Sequence record: CM049095.1
DNA length: 32,000 nucleotides
Reading direction: 5' to 3' (one strand)
The position numbers and the translations under genes are program-made. The notes under the pieces are model-generated. The model was not told the DNA's origin. It made no database searches and was given only the letters and a program-made list of their open reading frames with translations. Shown piece after piece: positions 20,197 through 29,708 of this stretch (position 1 is the stretch's first letter; every line of letters starts with the position of its first letter).

Positions 20197-22110
20197 ATGA
20201 CTGAATTTCAATTATTTCAAATGTATCATTTAAAAGAAATGACTCTTTCTGCAGAGTTTTTCTTAAGCTGTTCTGTACTTCAACTGACATTTTATGCAAT
20301 AGGAACTGCATATCAACGAAAGCATGGTTATGTTATTTTAAGTCAACAGATTTATAGTATCGGTATTCTTATTTTGGTTCTCACGTCGTTGCTTTACTTT
20401 AATGAAGGCTTATTTTTAGCTGATTTAATGATAGGTAGTAATTCTGTGATCAATGACTTTTTGAGCTTTAACGTGAAGTTCGTTATTTGTTTATTGTCAG
20501 TATTTTTTTTGTTAATGGTAAAATTATCTTATAAAGATGAATTAATCTATAACAATTTTGAATATTTAGTTTTGATTTTAATTTCAGTACTTGGTTTATT
20601 GCTTTTGTGTTCTTCTAACGATTTAATAACAGCTTATCTTTCTATCGAGTTGCATAGTATTGCATTTTATTTAATGGCTGCATTTAAAAAAAATTCAGCA
20701 TATTCTATCGAGAGCGGTTTAAAATATTTTATTATAGGTTCACTATCTTCTGCTTTTTTTTTATTTGGGTCTTCTCTTCTATACGGCTCATTAGGTACTT
20801 TAAATTTTGATGGTCTTCGATCTGTTCTCTTTTCTATTAACAGTGGTCTAGTATCGGGGTCATCTGTTGTATCTTCTAACAATATTGGTGTAGTTGTTTT
20901 TAGTGCCGAATTAGGTTCGACTGTTAGCGATGTTATAAATTTAAGTAATTTAGGTGTTTCTAGCATAGTTAACGTTGATATAAAACATGACTTAGTTGAT
21001 TTGATTTATACTAAAGAAAACCCACAAATAAATTATTTTATTTTATCCGATATAAACTTGTCTTTTCAGAGCACTGCATTTTTAGAGGGTTGTTTTGTAA
21101 ATTTGCATTATTGGACACGTGTTATTAATAATGAAGTGATTTCTAGTTTTGGATATAGTACCAGCTCTATATTACCTATACTGTTAAACTTATTTGATTT
21201 AATGATAGACGCTTATTTTTTTGACTTAGATAAAAGTTTCGCTGAATTAGAGATCGCGTATATAGGTTTTTTACTTATTTGCATTAGTATTTTTATAAAA
21301 CTTGCGTTAGCTCCGTTTCATCTATGGTCACTTGATGTATATGAAGGTTCCCCAAATTCTACAACTGTGTTTTTTGCAGTGATACCTAAAATAGCCTTGT
21401 TCGTTTTATTGATGCGTTTATGTTATTCTACCTTTTATAGTATCGCTGTTGAAAATTATCAAAATTATTTTATTTTAATTGGCGTGTTAAGCATTTTTGT
21501 AGGTTCCATAGGCGGTTTAGAGCAACGTAAATTAAAAACGTTAATGGCGTATAGTTCTGTCAGTCATACTGGTTATTTATTTCTGGCTTTTAGTATGAGC
21601 ACATCAGAAAGTTTTCAAATTATCTTATATTACTTAGTTATTTTTATGGTATCAGGGTTATGTTTTTGGTCTGTGTACCTCTTTCTCAAGCGAAATCAAA
21701 TGGTTTATTTTAGAAAGCATAATAAAGAATTGAGTGATTTTGTTCTTCTAAGAGAGTCTAATCCTGTTTTAGCTTTGATTTTTGCAATGACATTATTTTC
21801 TATAGCAGGAATACCACCTTTAATTGGTTTTTTGGCAAAAGTTGGCGTGTTTTTGACAGTTGTTCAAGCGTCCGCTTACGGTGTGGCAGTAATCGCTATT
21901 TTATTGAGTATAACTTCTACTTTTTATTACATCCGTATAATTAAGCTATTATATTTTGAAAATATTTTAGTTGGTAGATTGTATCACCCTATTATTACGC
22001 AAAAAGCTATTTTATTGGTTCTATTATCATTTTCTTTGATAATTTTATGCCTAAATCCAAAGATTTTGTATCTTATCTTTTATCGGGTTGCTTTAAGTGT
22101 TGGGTTTTAA
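20197..22110 (+). CDS. nad2: NADH dehydrogenase subunit 2, with a large internal in-frame insertion
   Basis: 637 aa. Conserved regions …LITAYLSIELHSIAFYLM…, …KYFIIGSLSSAFFLFGSSLLYG…, …KLALAPFHLWSLDVYEGSP… and …MAYSSVSHTGYL… are present. About 170 aa separate LLYG from APFH.W, where roughly 40-50 aa is usual. Confidence 0.9.
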   Translation: MTEFQLFQMYHLKEMTLSAEFFLSCSVLQLTFYAIGTAYQRKHGYVILSQQIYSIGILILVLTSLLYFNEGLFLADLMIGSNSVINDFLSFNVKFVICLLSVFFLLMVKLSYKDELIYNNFEYLVLILISVLGLLLLCSSNDLITAYLSIELHSIAFYLMAAFKKNSAYSIESGLKYFIIGSLSSAFFLFGSSLLYGSLGTLNFDGLRSVLFSINSGLVSGSSVVSSNNIGVVVFSAELGSTVSDVINLSNLGVSSIVNVDIKHDLVDLIYTKENPQINYFILSDINLSFQSTAFLEGCFVNLHYWTRVINNEVISSFGYSTSSILPILLNLFDLMIDAYFFDLDKSFAELEIAYIGFLLICISIFIKLALAPFHLWSLDVYEGSPNSTTVFFAVIPKIALFVLLMRLCYSTFYSIAVENYQNYFILIGVLSIFVGSIGGLEQRKLKTLMAYSSVSHTGYLFLAFSMSTSESFQIILYYLVIFMVSGLCFWSVYLFLKRNQMVYFRKHNKELSDFVLLRESNPVLALIFAMTLFSIAGIPPLIGFLAKVGVFLTVVQASAYGVAVIAILLSITSTFYYIRIIKLLYFENILVGRLYHPIITQKAILLVLLSFSLIILCLNPKILYLIFYRVALSVGF

Positions 22111-22120
22111 CTACAAAAAT

Positions 22121-22208
22121 GGAGGAATGGCTGAGTGGCTTATAGCGAAGATCTGCTAAATCTTTATACAGTAATTCTGTATCGTGGGTTCGAATCCCAC
22201 TTCTTCCA
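22121..22208 (+). tRNA. trnS: tRNA-Ser (GCU), long variable arm
   Basis: Acceptor GGAGGAA/TTCTTCC, anticodon stem AAGAT/ATCTT, loop CTGCTAA, variable arm ATACAG-TAATT-CTGTAT, T-arm GTGGG-TTCGAAT-CCCAC. Confidence 0.9.
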
Positions 22209-22241
22209 TATCTTCAATATGGTTTGTCTATAAATTAAATT

Positions 22242-22718
22242 ATGTTTTTTTCGATAAAAATATCTGCAAAAGATAAAAGAGTCTTGTGTAATTTTTTGAA
22301 AGTGCTTTGTGAGTCTCCAATGTCAACTTTATTTTTAAAATTATTTTCTGATAAAAGAATAAAGAAAGTGGTAACTGTTCTGAAATCTCCTCATGTAAAT
22401 AAGTCAGCGCAAGAAAAGTTTGAGTTTCGAATTTTCTCAAAATCTATCCGACGTGTTTCTTTTCAATCGTTACGAGATTTAGTTAATATTAAAAAAATTC
22501 AAGAGCATATTTCTCCGGGAGTAAAATTACGTATCAAATTTTCTCTTGAAAAAACCTATGGAATTAATGGAGCTCTCTTTGCGATAAGGTCTTCGCACGG
22601 TTCTGTGAAGTTTTTTGATCAAAAAAAAGAGATTTTAAAAATTAATGCATTCCAACTAATGTATTTATTCGATTCCTCAGGTGAGTTAATTCTCCAAAGT
22701 GATTTGCTAAAATTGTAG
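22242..22718 (+). CDS. rps10: Ribosomal protein S10
   Basis: The motif VTVLKSPHVNKSAQEKFEFRIF matches the S10 signature (LRSPH.dKkSreqFE.R). TAG stop. Confidence 0.8.
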   Translation: MFFSIKISAKDKRVLCNFLKVLCESPMSTLFLKLFSDKRIKKVVTVLKSPHVNKSAQEKFEFRIFSKSIRRVSFQSLRDLVNIKKIQEHISPGVKLRIKFSLEKTYGINGALFAIRSSHGSVKFFDQKKEILKINAFQLMYLFDSSGELILQSDLLKL

Positions 22719-22725
22719 TTTGTTA

Positions 22726-22799
22726 GCGTCTTTAGCTCAGTTGGATAGAGCAACAGCCTTCTAAGCTGACGGTCAAAGGTTCAATTCCTTTAAGACGTA
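22726..22799 (+). tRNA. trnR: tRNA-Arg (UCU)
   Basis: Acceptor GCGTCTT/AAGACGT, D-stem GCTC/GAGC, anticodon loop CTTCTAA, T-arm AAAGG-TTCAATT-CCTTT. Confidence 0.9.
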
Positions 22800-22833
22800 A
22801 TTATCTGAGGTGAGATGCTTTAGTAATAGTAAA

Positions 22834-24843
22834 ATGTATATTTTATTAGTTTTTTTATCTTTAATTGGTTTTAGTACAGCTGGATTATTCGGCAGATATA
22901 TTGGTCCTCGTGGCGCTTCTTTTATAACAACGGGCTGTCTGATTTTTACTCTTTTGTTTTCATTGATCGCATTTTATGAAGTTGGTCTTATGGGTAGTGT
23001 TACTTATGTTCGTCTTGGTACATGGTTAAGCTCTGAAGTGTTACTTATTAATTGGGGATTCATGTTTGATAGCCTTACTGTAGTTATGTGCATAGTTGTT
23101 ACTTTCGTTTCATCGTTAGTTCATTTGTACTCTACAGAATATATGTCACATGATCCTCATTTGCCGAGGTTTATGTCATATCTATCTCTTTTTACTTTTT
23201 TTATGCTTATACTTATTACAGCCGATAATTTTATTCAAATGTTTTTAGGCTGGGAGGGTGTTGGCCTTTGTTCATATCTTCTTATTAATTTTTGGTTCAC
23301 TAGAGTTCAGGCTAATAAAGCAGCTATTAAAGCAATGGTATTAAATCGGATTGGGGATTTCTGTTTAATTATAGGCATACTTGTGATTTTTACAAATTAC
23401 AAAGCTGTAGATTATTCTACAGTTGCTGCGCTAACTCCTTTATTTAAGAATCATACTATAAATTTTTTAAATTTTGATTTAAATGTATTAGCGGTGGTAG
23501 GCTTGTTTCTATTTTTAGGCGCGATGGGGAAATCTGCTCAACTCGGTCTTCATACTTGGTTACCTGATGCTATGGAAGGGCCTACTCCTGTTTCTGCACT
23601 TATTCATGCTGCGACAATGGTTACGGCAGGTGTTTTTTTAATAGCTCGAACTTCTTTCATTTATGAATATACACCTGAAGTACTTGAGTTTATCACTATT
23701 TTAGGTGCCATGACAGCTTTTTTTGCTTCAAGTGTTGGGCTTTTGCAAAATGATTTGAAAAGGGTTATTGCTTATTCGACGTGTAGTCAATTAGGTTATA
23801 TGGTTTTTTCTTGTGGCCTTTCTGATTACTCCGTGGGTATTTTTCACTTATCCAATCATGCGTTTTTCAAAGCTCTCTTATTTCTTGCTGCAGGGGCTGT
23901 GATACATGCCGTCAATGACGAGCAGGATATGAGAAAAATGGGAGGATTAAAGAAGTTAGTTCCTTTTACTTATTCAATTGTGGTTATTGGTTCATTGGCA
24001 TTAATAGGTTTCCCGTTCTTAGCAGGTTTTTATTCGAAAGATTTAATTTTAGAGGTTTCCTATGGTAAGTTTACCCCACACAGTCATTTTAGCTACTTCT
24101 TAGGTACTTTCGGAGCTTTTTTAACGGCTTTCTATTCAATGCGGCTTCTTTGTTTAACATTTTTAGTCAAGCCAAATGGTTATAAAACGGTAGTAGGATT
24201 TGCTCAGGAAACTTTTAGTACAATGTTTTTAGCACTTTGTTTTTTGGCTGTTCCTAGTGTGTTAATAGGTTTTTTAACCAAAGACTTTATGGTAGGTGTG
24301 GGTTCTGATTTTTTTGGTCCTGCTATATACAATAATCCGCGGACTCTCCATGTATTTGACGCTGAGTTTATAGAATTTTTTTATAAAATTCTACCTGTAA
24401 GTTTAAGTTTACTAGGTTCTATTTCAGCTTTCATATTATACAATTTTCAGGGTGAGTTTCTTTATAGATTGAAAACAACATATATTGGGAGAAAGGCTTA
24501 CAGTTTTTTAAATAAAAAGTGGTTCTTTGATAAGATCTACAACGAATTGATTGGCCAATTCTTCTTTAGGTTTGGCTATTCTGTTAGTTATAAATTAGTT
24601 GATCGAGCCCCTCTTGAAATTCTTGGTCCAACTGGTTTATCAAATGTTGCGTCACGAATGTCTATTTCGTTACATAAATTGCAAACAGGATCTGTTTACC
24701 ATTACACTTTAATTATTTTAATTGGTTTAGTTAGCGCTTTTTGTTTGCGTCAATTTTACATACTATTCTATTATAATTTTGATTTAAGGGTTTTGGTTTT
24801 ATTTTTAGGGTCTTTATTTTTTATTAGTGACTTGAATAGTTAA
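22834..24843 (+). CDS. nad5: NADH dehydrogenase subunit 5
   Basis: MYILLVFLSLIGF… is a typical nad5 start. GWEGVGLCSYLLINFWFTR, KSAQLGLHTWLPDAMEGPTPVSALIHAATMVTAG and LAYSTCSQLGYM-like blocks are present. The ORF track opens at GTG 22810; ATG 22834 is preferred. Confidence 0.94.
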   Translation: MYILLVFLSLIGFSTAGLFGRYIGPRGASFITTGCLIFTLLFSLIAFYEVGLMGSVTYVRLGTWLSSEVLLINWGFMFDSLTVVMCIVVTFVSSLVHLYSTEYMSHDPHLPRFMSYLSLFTFFMLILITADNFIQMFLGWEGVGLCSYLLINFWFTRVQANKAAIKAMVLNRIGDFCLIIGILVIFTNYKAVDYSTVAALTPLFKNHTINFLNFDLNVLAVVGLFLFLGAMGKSAQLGLHTWLPDAMEGPTPVSALIHAATMVTAGVFLIARTSFIYEYTPEVLEFITILGAMTAFFASSVGLLQNDLKRVIAYSTCSQLGYMVFSCGLSDYSVGIFHLSNHAFFKALLFLAAGAVIHAVNDEQDMRKMGGLKKLVPFTYSIVVIGSLALIGFPFLAGFYSKDLILEVSYGKFTPHSHFSYFLGTFGAFLTAFYSMRLLCLTFLVKPNGYKTVVGFAQETFSTMFLALCFLAVPSVLIGFLTKDFMVGVGSDFFGPAIYNNPRTLHVFDAEFIEFFYKILPVSLSLLGSISAFILYNFQGEFLYRLKTTYIGRKAYSFLNKKWFFDKIYNELIGQFFFRFGYSVSYKLVDRAPLEILGPTGLSNVASRMSISLHKLQTGSVYHYTLIILIGLVSAFCLRQFYILFYYNFDLRVLVLFLGSLFFISDLNS

Positions 24844-24858
24844 AATCTCTTAGTAATT

Positions 24859-25635
24859 ATGATTACAGAAAAAATTTTCTTTCTATGCGATGCTCCAGAG
24901 CTCGTTCAATTAAGATTACAAGATCCTTCTACCACCACAATGGAAGGCTTATTAGAGTTTAACAAACATTTATTGTTTGTTATAACTATTATCGTAGTGT
25001 TAGTTGCTTGGTTAATGTTTGCAACTATTTCTAATTATGATGAATTTAATAATCCAAAAAGTCAAAGCTTTTTTCACTCAAATGTTTTAGAAATTGTATG
25101 GACTTCTTTACCAGCTTTAACACTGTTAAATCTTGCATCTCCTTCATTTACTTTACTTTATTCTATGGATGAAATTTCAACTCCTGAAATTTCAATAAAA
25201 ATTATTGGGCATCAATGGTATTGGAGTTATGAGATTTCTGATTTTGACACCATGGCGACTTGTATGGAATCTGATAAGACATTAAAGTATACTTGTTATT
25301 TGCTTGCTGAGGAAAGTATTTCACAAAAAAATTACCTAGGCTTTTTTAGGCTATTAGAGACTAATAAACGAGTCTTACTGCCATCTAACACACATTTGCG
25401 GTTATTAGTAACTTCTGTGGATGTTTTACATAGCTGGGCAATACCATCGTTTGGTGTGAAAGTTGATGCCTGCCCAGGTCGTTTAAATCAAGTCAATGTG
25501 TTTCTTAAACGAATCGGTATGTTTTTTGGTCAATGCAGTGAAATTTGTGGTGTAAATCATGGTTTTATGCCTATTGTATTGTTAGTTGTACCATCGATAC
25601 AGTATCACTATTTTGTTGTTTCAAAATTATTCTAA
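24859..25635 (+). CDS. cox2: Cytochrome c oxidase subunit 2
   Basis: LQDPSTTTMEGLLEFN, IGHQWYWSYE, DVLHSWAIPSFGVKVDACPGRLNQ and GQCSEICGVNHGFMP (CuA site) are present. Confidence 0.94.
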   Translation: MITEKIFFLCDAPELVQLRLQDPSTTTMEGLLEFNKHLLFVITIIVVLVAWLMFATISNYDEFNNPKSQSFFHSNVLEIVWTSLPALTLLNLASPSFTLLYSMDEISTPEISIKIIGHQWYWSYEISDFDTMATCMESDKTLKYTCYLLAEESISQKNYLGFFRLLETNKRVLLPSNTHLRLLVTSVDVLHSWAIPSFGVKVDACPGRLNQVNVFLKRIGMFFGQCSEICGVNHGFMPIVLLVVPSIQYHYFVVSKLF

Positions 25636-25643
25636 TACAAGAT

Positions 25644-25717
25644 AAGCCTATAACTCAGTTGGTTAGAGTGTACGCCTGATAAGCGTAAAGTCAGTAGTTC
25701 AAATCTATTTAGGCTTA
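25644..25717 (+). tRNA. trnI: tRNA-Ile (GAU)
   Basis: Acceptor AAGCCTA/TAGGCTT, D-stem ACTC/GAGT, anticodon stem TACGC/GCGTA, loop CTGATAA, T-arm AGTAG-TTCAAAT-CTATT. Confidence 0.9.
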
Positions 25718-25732
25718 AGAATTTATTGTTGT

Positions 25733-26926
25733 ATGAGTTTAAAAAAAGATTTAGTAAAAGATATTAAGAATTTCACAATAAACTTTGGTCCACAACACCC
25801 TGCAGCGCATGGTGTTCTTAGGTTAGTTCTAGAACTAACAGGCGAAGTTGTTGAAAGGGCAGAGCCTCATATTGGTTTGTTACACAGGGGTACTGAAAAA
25901 TTAATTGAGTACAAAAATTATCTTCAAGCATTACCTTATTTTGATAGGCTTGATTATGTTTCAATGATGTCACAAGAGCATACGTATTGCTTAGCCATTG
26001 AAAAATTAGTAAATTGCCAAATTCCAGAGCGAGCTCAATATATTCGAGTTTTGTTTGCAGAAATCACACGGATTTTGAATCATTTGTTAGCTGTAGGTTG
26101 CCATGCAATGGACGTTGGGGCAATGACTCCCTTTTTGTGGGGATTTGAAGAGAGAGAAAAGTTGATGGAATTTTATGAACGTGTTTCAGGTGCGCGGATG
26201 CATGCTGCATATTTTCGGCCGGGTGGTGTTCATACTGACCTACCTAAAGGTTTATTGACGGACATTTATTTATTTAAGGAGCAATTCAAACTGCGTTTAG
26301 TAGAGATTGAAGAGATGCTTACTGATAATCGAATTTGGAAACAAAGGTTGGTGGATATTGGCGTTGTTTCACTAGACGATGCTTTAAATTGGGGTTTTAG
26401 TGGTGTTATGTTACGTGGCTCTGGGTTAGAGTGGGATGTTCGAAAAACTCAACCATACGAGATTTATAATAAACTTGAATTTCAGACTCTTTCTGGGAGT
26501 AATGGTGATTGTTATGATCGATACTTGATTCGATTATTTGAAATGAAGCAATCTTTATTTATTATTGAACAATGTCTTGATCAGTTACCTGCAGGATCTA
26601 TAAAATCTTCTGATTACAAGGTGACACCACCTTCTAGATTTGATATGAAGCAATCTATGGAAGCTCTGATTCACCATTTTAAATTTTTTACCAATGGTAT
26701 AAACGTACCTAGTAGTGAAACCTATGTTGGTACAGAAGCTCCAAAAGGTGAATTTGGTGTATATCTTATATCAAATAATTCTAGTAAGCCTTATAGATGT
26801 AAAATAAAAGCGCCTGGTTTTGCTCACTTGCAAGGGCTTGATATGATGTCAAGAGGTCATATGATTGCTGATGTTGTCACAATTATAGGTACCCAAGATA
26901 TTGTATTTGGGGAGGTTGACCGATAA
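25733..26926 (+). CDS. nad7: NADH dehydrogenase subunit 7 (49-kDa/NuoD)
   Basis: [42 protein letters not shown] and a …[10 protein letters not shown]-terminus are present. Confidence 0.95.
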   Translation: MSLKKDLVKDIKNFTINFGPQHPAAHGVLRLVLELTGEVVERAEPHIGLLHRGTEKLIEYKNYLQALPYFDRLDYVSMMSQEHTYCLAIEKLVNCQIPERAQYIRVLFAEITRILNHLLAVGCHAMDVGAMTPFLWGFEEREKLMEFYERVSGARMHAAYFRPGGVHTDLPKGLLTDIYLFKEQFKLRLVEIEEMLTDNRIWKQRLVDIGVVSLDDALNWGFSGVMLRGSGLEWDVRKTQPYEIYNKLEFQTLSGSNGDCYDRYLIRLFEMKQSLFIIEQCLDQLPAGSIKSSDYKVTPPSRFDMKQSMEALIHHFKFFTNGINVPSSETYVGTEAPKGEFGVYLISNNSSKPYRCKIKAPGFAHLQGLDMMSRGHMIADVVTIIGTQDIVFGEVDR

Positions 26927-26931
26927 TTTGT

Positions 26932-27162
26932 TTGCCGTTCTTGAAATATTTCTTGCTAAAGTCTATGAATACGAGAATATTAAAGGTTTCCTCAGATGGT
27001 TCTTTTTCTTTTCACACTATCTTCAGTTTAGGTGATAAAACACAGTGTATTCTACTAAAAAAAAAAGATGAAGTAAACTTTTTTTTAAATCAAAAGAGAG
27101 TAAAGACTTCGATTGATTTGAAATTTAGTTCTCTTTACAAGACTCGATACTTTAAAATTTAG
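26932..27162 (+). CDS. Unassigned small basic ORF (76 codons from TTG; 65 from the first ATG at 26965)
   Basis: It fills almost the whole nad7-trnQ spacer in an otherwise tightly packed genome. It is Lys-rich. I recognise no motif. Confidence 0.3.
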   Translation: MPFLKYFLLKSMNTRILKVSSDGSFSFHTIFSLGDKTQCILLKKKDEVNFFLNQKRVKTSIDLKFSSLYKTRYFKI

Positions 27163-27171
27163 ATTTAAATA

Positions 27172-27243
27172 TGGAATATAGCCAAGTGGCAAGGCGATCG
27201 TTTTTGGTACGATCATTCAAAGGTTCGAATCCTTTTATTCCAA
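27172..27243 (+). tRNA. trnQ: tRNA-Gln (UUG)
   Basis: Acceptor TGGAATA/TATTCCA, anticodon stem ATCGT/ACGAT, loop TTTTGGT, T-arm AAAGG-TTCGAAT-CCTTT. Confidence 0.88.
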
Positions 27244-27253
27244 TGTTATTAAT

Positions 27254-27275
27254 AAAGGTTAGATTCCTTTTCCAA
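27254..27275 (+). other. Degenerate copy of the trnQ T-arm plus 3' acceptor
   Basis: AAAGG-TTAGATT-CCTTT-TCCAA compares with the trnQ 3' half AAAGG-TTCGAAT-CCTTT-TATTCCA 35 nt upstream. It ends 4 nt before the nad4 ATG. Confidence 0.5.
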
Positions 27276-27279
27276 ATCA

Positions 27280-28767
27280 ATGAATCTCAATTTTGATTTT
27301 ATAATTCAAGATCTATTGATCTATATTTCTTTTATTCCGTTTATAGGAATTTTATCATTGTTTTTTATTGATTCAGAAAATAAAGCTTTGCTGAAAAAAG
27401 TAGCCTTACATAGTTCTTTTCTTCCTTTGATCGGGTTTTTATTTGTTTGGTCAGGTTTTGAAAAGTCTGTTGGGACATTTCAGTATGTGACTAAGATTTT
27501 TTGGATTCCGATTTTAAATTTAAATATTACATTAGGAGTAGATGGTATTTCCTTATTTTTTCTTCTTTTGACAACTCTTTTAATTCCACTCTGTTTATTA
27601 ATAAGTTGGAATGCCATTCAATATAACGTAAAAGGCTATTTAATATCATTCTTACTAATTGAATTTTTACTAATAGGAGTTTTTTGTGTTTTAGATGTTT
27701 TGCTTTTTTATATTTTGTTTGAAAGTATACTTATTCCTATGTTTTTGATAATCGGAATTTGGGGTTCCCGAGAACGGAAAGTTTTAGCAGGTTTCTATTT
27801 CTTTTTGTACACATTATTAGGTTCTGTATTGATGTTATTGTCTATACTTTATATATATTACCAGGCAGGGACTACTGATTATGAAATTTTGCTTACATTT
27901 ACCTTTTCCGAGTTGGAACAAAAATTTCTTTGGTTTACTTTTTTTCTTGCTTTTGCTGCAAAAGTTCCTATGATGCCTGTTCATTTATGGTTGCCCGAAG
28001 CTCACGTAGAAGCACCTACAGCAGGTTCTGTGATACTCGCCGGTGTGCTTCTAAAACTAGGAACATATGGCTTTATTAGATTTTCTTTACCTTTATTTCC
28101 TCAAGCTTCATTTTATTTTGCCCCATTTGTGTATACAGTATCACTCGTTGGTATTGTTTATACATCTTTGACAGCTATTCGACAGACTGACTTTAAACGG
28201 ATTATTGCTTATACTTCTGTTGCTCATATGAATGTTGTAATGTTAGGTATCTTTAGTTTCAATAATATTGGTATTGAAGGTGCTTTACTACAAAGCCTAA
28301 GTCATGGTTTTGTCGCGAGTGCACTTTTTGTAGTTATTGGTGTAGTATATGAACGATATAGGACGCGTTTGGTTAAATATTACGGTGGTTTGGCTCATAC
28401 TATGCCGCTATATATTTCTATTTTCTTATTTTTTACTATGGCAAACATAGGTTTTCCTGGAACCAGTGGATTTATTGGAGAGTTCCTTATTTTAGTTGGT
28501 TCATTTAAAGTAAATTCAAGTGTGACTTTTTTTGGTGCTACGGGTATGGTCCTCGGTGGATGTTACTCTCTTTGGTTATTTAATAGAATTGCGTTCGGAA
28601 ATTTGAAAAATCTATATCTTGCTCAAAATTTAGACATTAATAAGCGAGAGTTTGTTATTTTTTTAGCTTTGATTGTTTACACATTAATTTTAGGTATTGT
28701 TCCTGATCTTTATTTAAATTCTGTTCATATGAGTGTAAATAACTTGATTGAAAATATGTATTTTTAA
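27280..28767 (+). CDS. nad4: NADH dehydrogenase subunit 4
   Basis: GVDGISLFFLLLTTLLIPLC, AAKVPMMPVHLWLPEAHVEAPTAGSVILAGVLLKLGTYG and IAYTSVAHMN are present. Confidence 0.95.
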   Translation: MNLNFDFIIQDLLIYISFIPFIGILSLFFIDSENKALLKKVALHSSFLPLIGFLFVWSGFEKSVGTFQYVTKIFWIPILNLNITLGVDGISLFFLLLTTLLIPLCLLISWNAIQYNVKGYLISFLLIEFLLIGVFCVLDVLLFYILFESILIPMFLIIGIWGSRERKVLAGFYFFLYTLLGSVLMLLSILYIYYQAGTTDYEILLTFTFSELEQKFLWFTFFLAFAAKVPMMPVHLWLPEAHVEAPTAGSVILAGVLLKLGTYGFIRFSLPLFPQASFYFAPFVYTVSLVGIVYTSLTAIRQTDFKRIIAYTSVAHMNVVMLGIFSFNNIGIEGALLQSLSHGFVASALFVVIGVVYERYRTRLVKYYGGLAHTMPLYISIFLFFTMANIGFPGTSGFIGEFLILVGSFKVNSSVTFFGATGMVLGGCYSLWLFNRIAFGNLKNLYLAQNLDINKREFVIFLALIVYTLILGIVPDLYLNSVHMSVNNLIENMYF

Positions 28768-28770
28768 AAC

Positions 28771-29133
28771 ATGCTCTATATACTTGAAACAAAATTACGT
28801 GAGAACAAGCCTTTATTATTTGCATTAACTTCTATTTATGGTATAGGGTTGACTAAAGCAAGGACATTGTGTAAAAAATTAGGCTTTTCATCTAATTTAA
28901 AAGTTAAACACTTGACTCAAGAACAAACTTTTGATTTACTAAAACTTATTGATAGGTTGGGTTGGAAAATCAATAATGAGTTAAGGAAATTTGAGTCATT
29001 TCAAATAAAACGATTAATTTTAACAAGGTCTTACCGTGGAATACGTCGAATTAAGGGTCTTCCGGTACGTGGTCAGCGAACCCATACTAATGCTAAATCG
29101 GCTCGTCGTGTTCGAAAATTACTTTTAATATGA
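28771..29133 (+). CDS. rps13: Ribosomal protein S13
   Basis: LTSIYGIGLTKARTLCKKLG and YRGIRRIKGLPVRGQRTHTNAKSARR are present. Its TGA stop overlaps the nad9 ATG (ATGA). Confidence 0.9.
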   Translation: MLYILETKLRENKPLLFALTSIYGIGLTKARTLCKKLGFSSNLKVKHLTQEQTFDLLKLIDRLGWKINNELRKFESFQIKRLILTRSYRGIRRIKGLPVRGQRTHTNAKSARRVRKLLLI

Positions 29134-29702
29134 ATAATTTATTTGTTACTGAAAATCTTAAAATATTAACTCGATCGTTGCCGATCGTAAAAATACAATT
29201 TCATCATAATGATGTTACTTTAATCGTTAAGAAGGAGCATATTTTTTCCGTTCTATTGTTTTTAAAAAATCACATAAATTTTCAGTTTAAAATGCTAACT
29301 TGTATTTCTGGTGTCGATTATCCTGAAAACGTTAACAGATTTACGCTTGTCTATGAACTTTTGAGTGTTAGGTACAATACTCGTTTAAGAGTTAAAACAT
29401 TCACAAATGAATTATCTCCTGTTGATTCTGTTGAAAATGTTTTTCTGGCTGCGGGTTGGTATGAGTCTGAGATTTGGGATATGTTTGGGATATTTTTTGC
29501 CAATCATAGCAATTTAGTTCGTCTTCTTACTGATTATGGTTTTGAAGGTTACCCACTTAGAAAAGACTTCCCTCTTACAGGATTTATTGAGGTGAGCTAT
29601 GATTACACTCGTAAACGGGTGTCTAATGAAAGGGTGGAGTTGGCTCAAGAGTTTCGAGCTTTTAAATTTGCGTCTCCTTGGGAATCTCTTGAATTAAAAT
29701 AA
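29130..29702 (+). CDS. nad9: NADH dehydrogenase subunit 9 (30-kDa/NuoC)
   Basis: LTCISGVDYP, RFTLVYELLS, AAGWYESEIWDMFGIFF and HSNLVRLLTDYGFEGYPLRKDFPLTGF are present. Confidence 0.94.
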   Translation: MNNLFVTENLKILTRSLPIVKIQFHHNDVTLIVKKEHIFSVLLFLKNHINFQFKMLTCISGVDYPENVNRFTLVYELLSVRYNTRLRVKTFTNELSPVDSVENVFLAAGWYESEIWDMFGIFFANHSNLVRLLTDYGFEGYPLRKDFPLTGFIEVSYDYTRKRVSNERVELAQEFRAFKFASPWESLELK

Positions 29703-29708
29703 TTGAAA

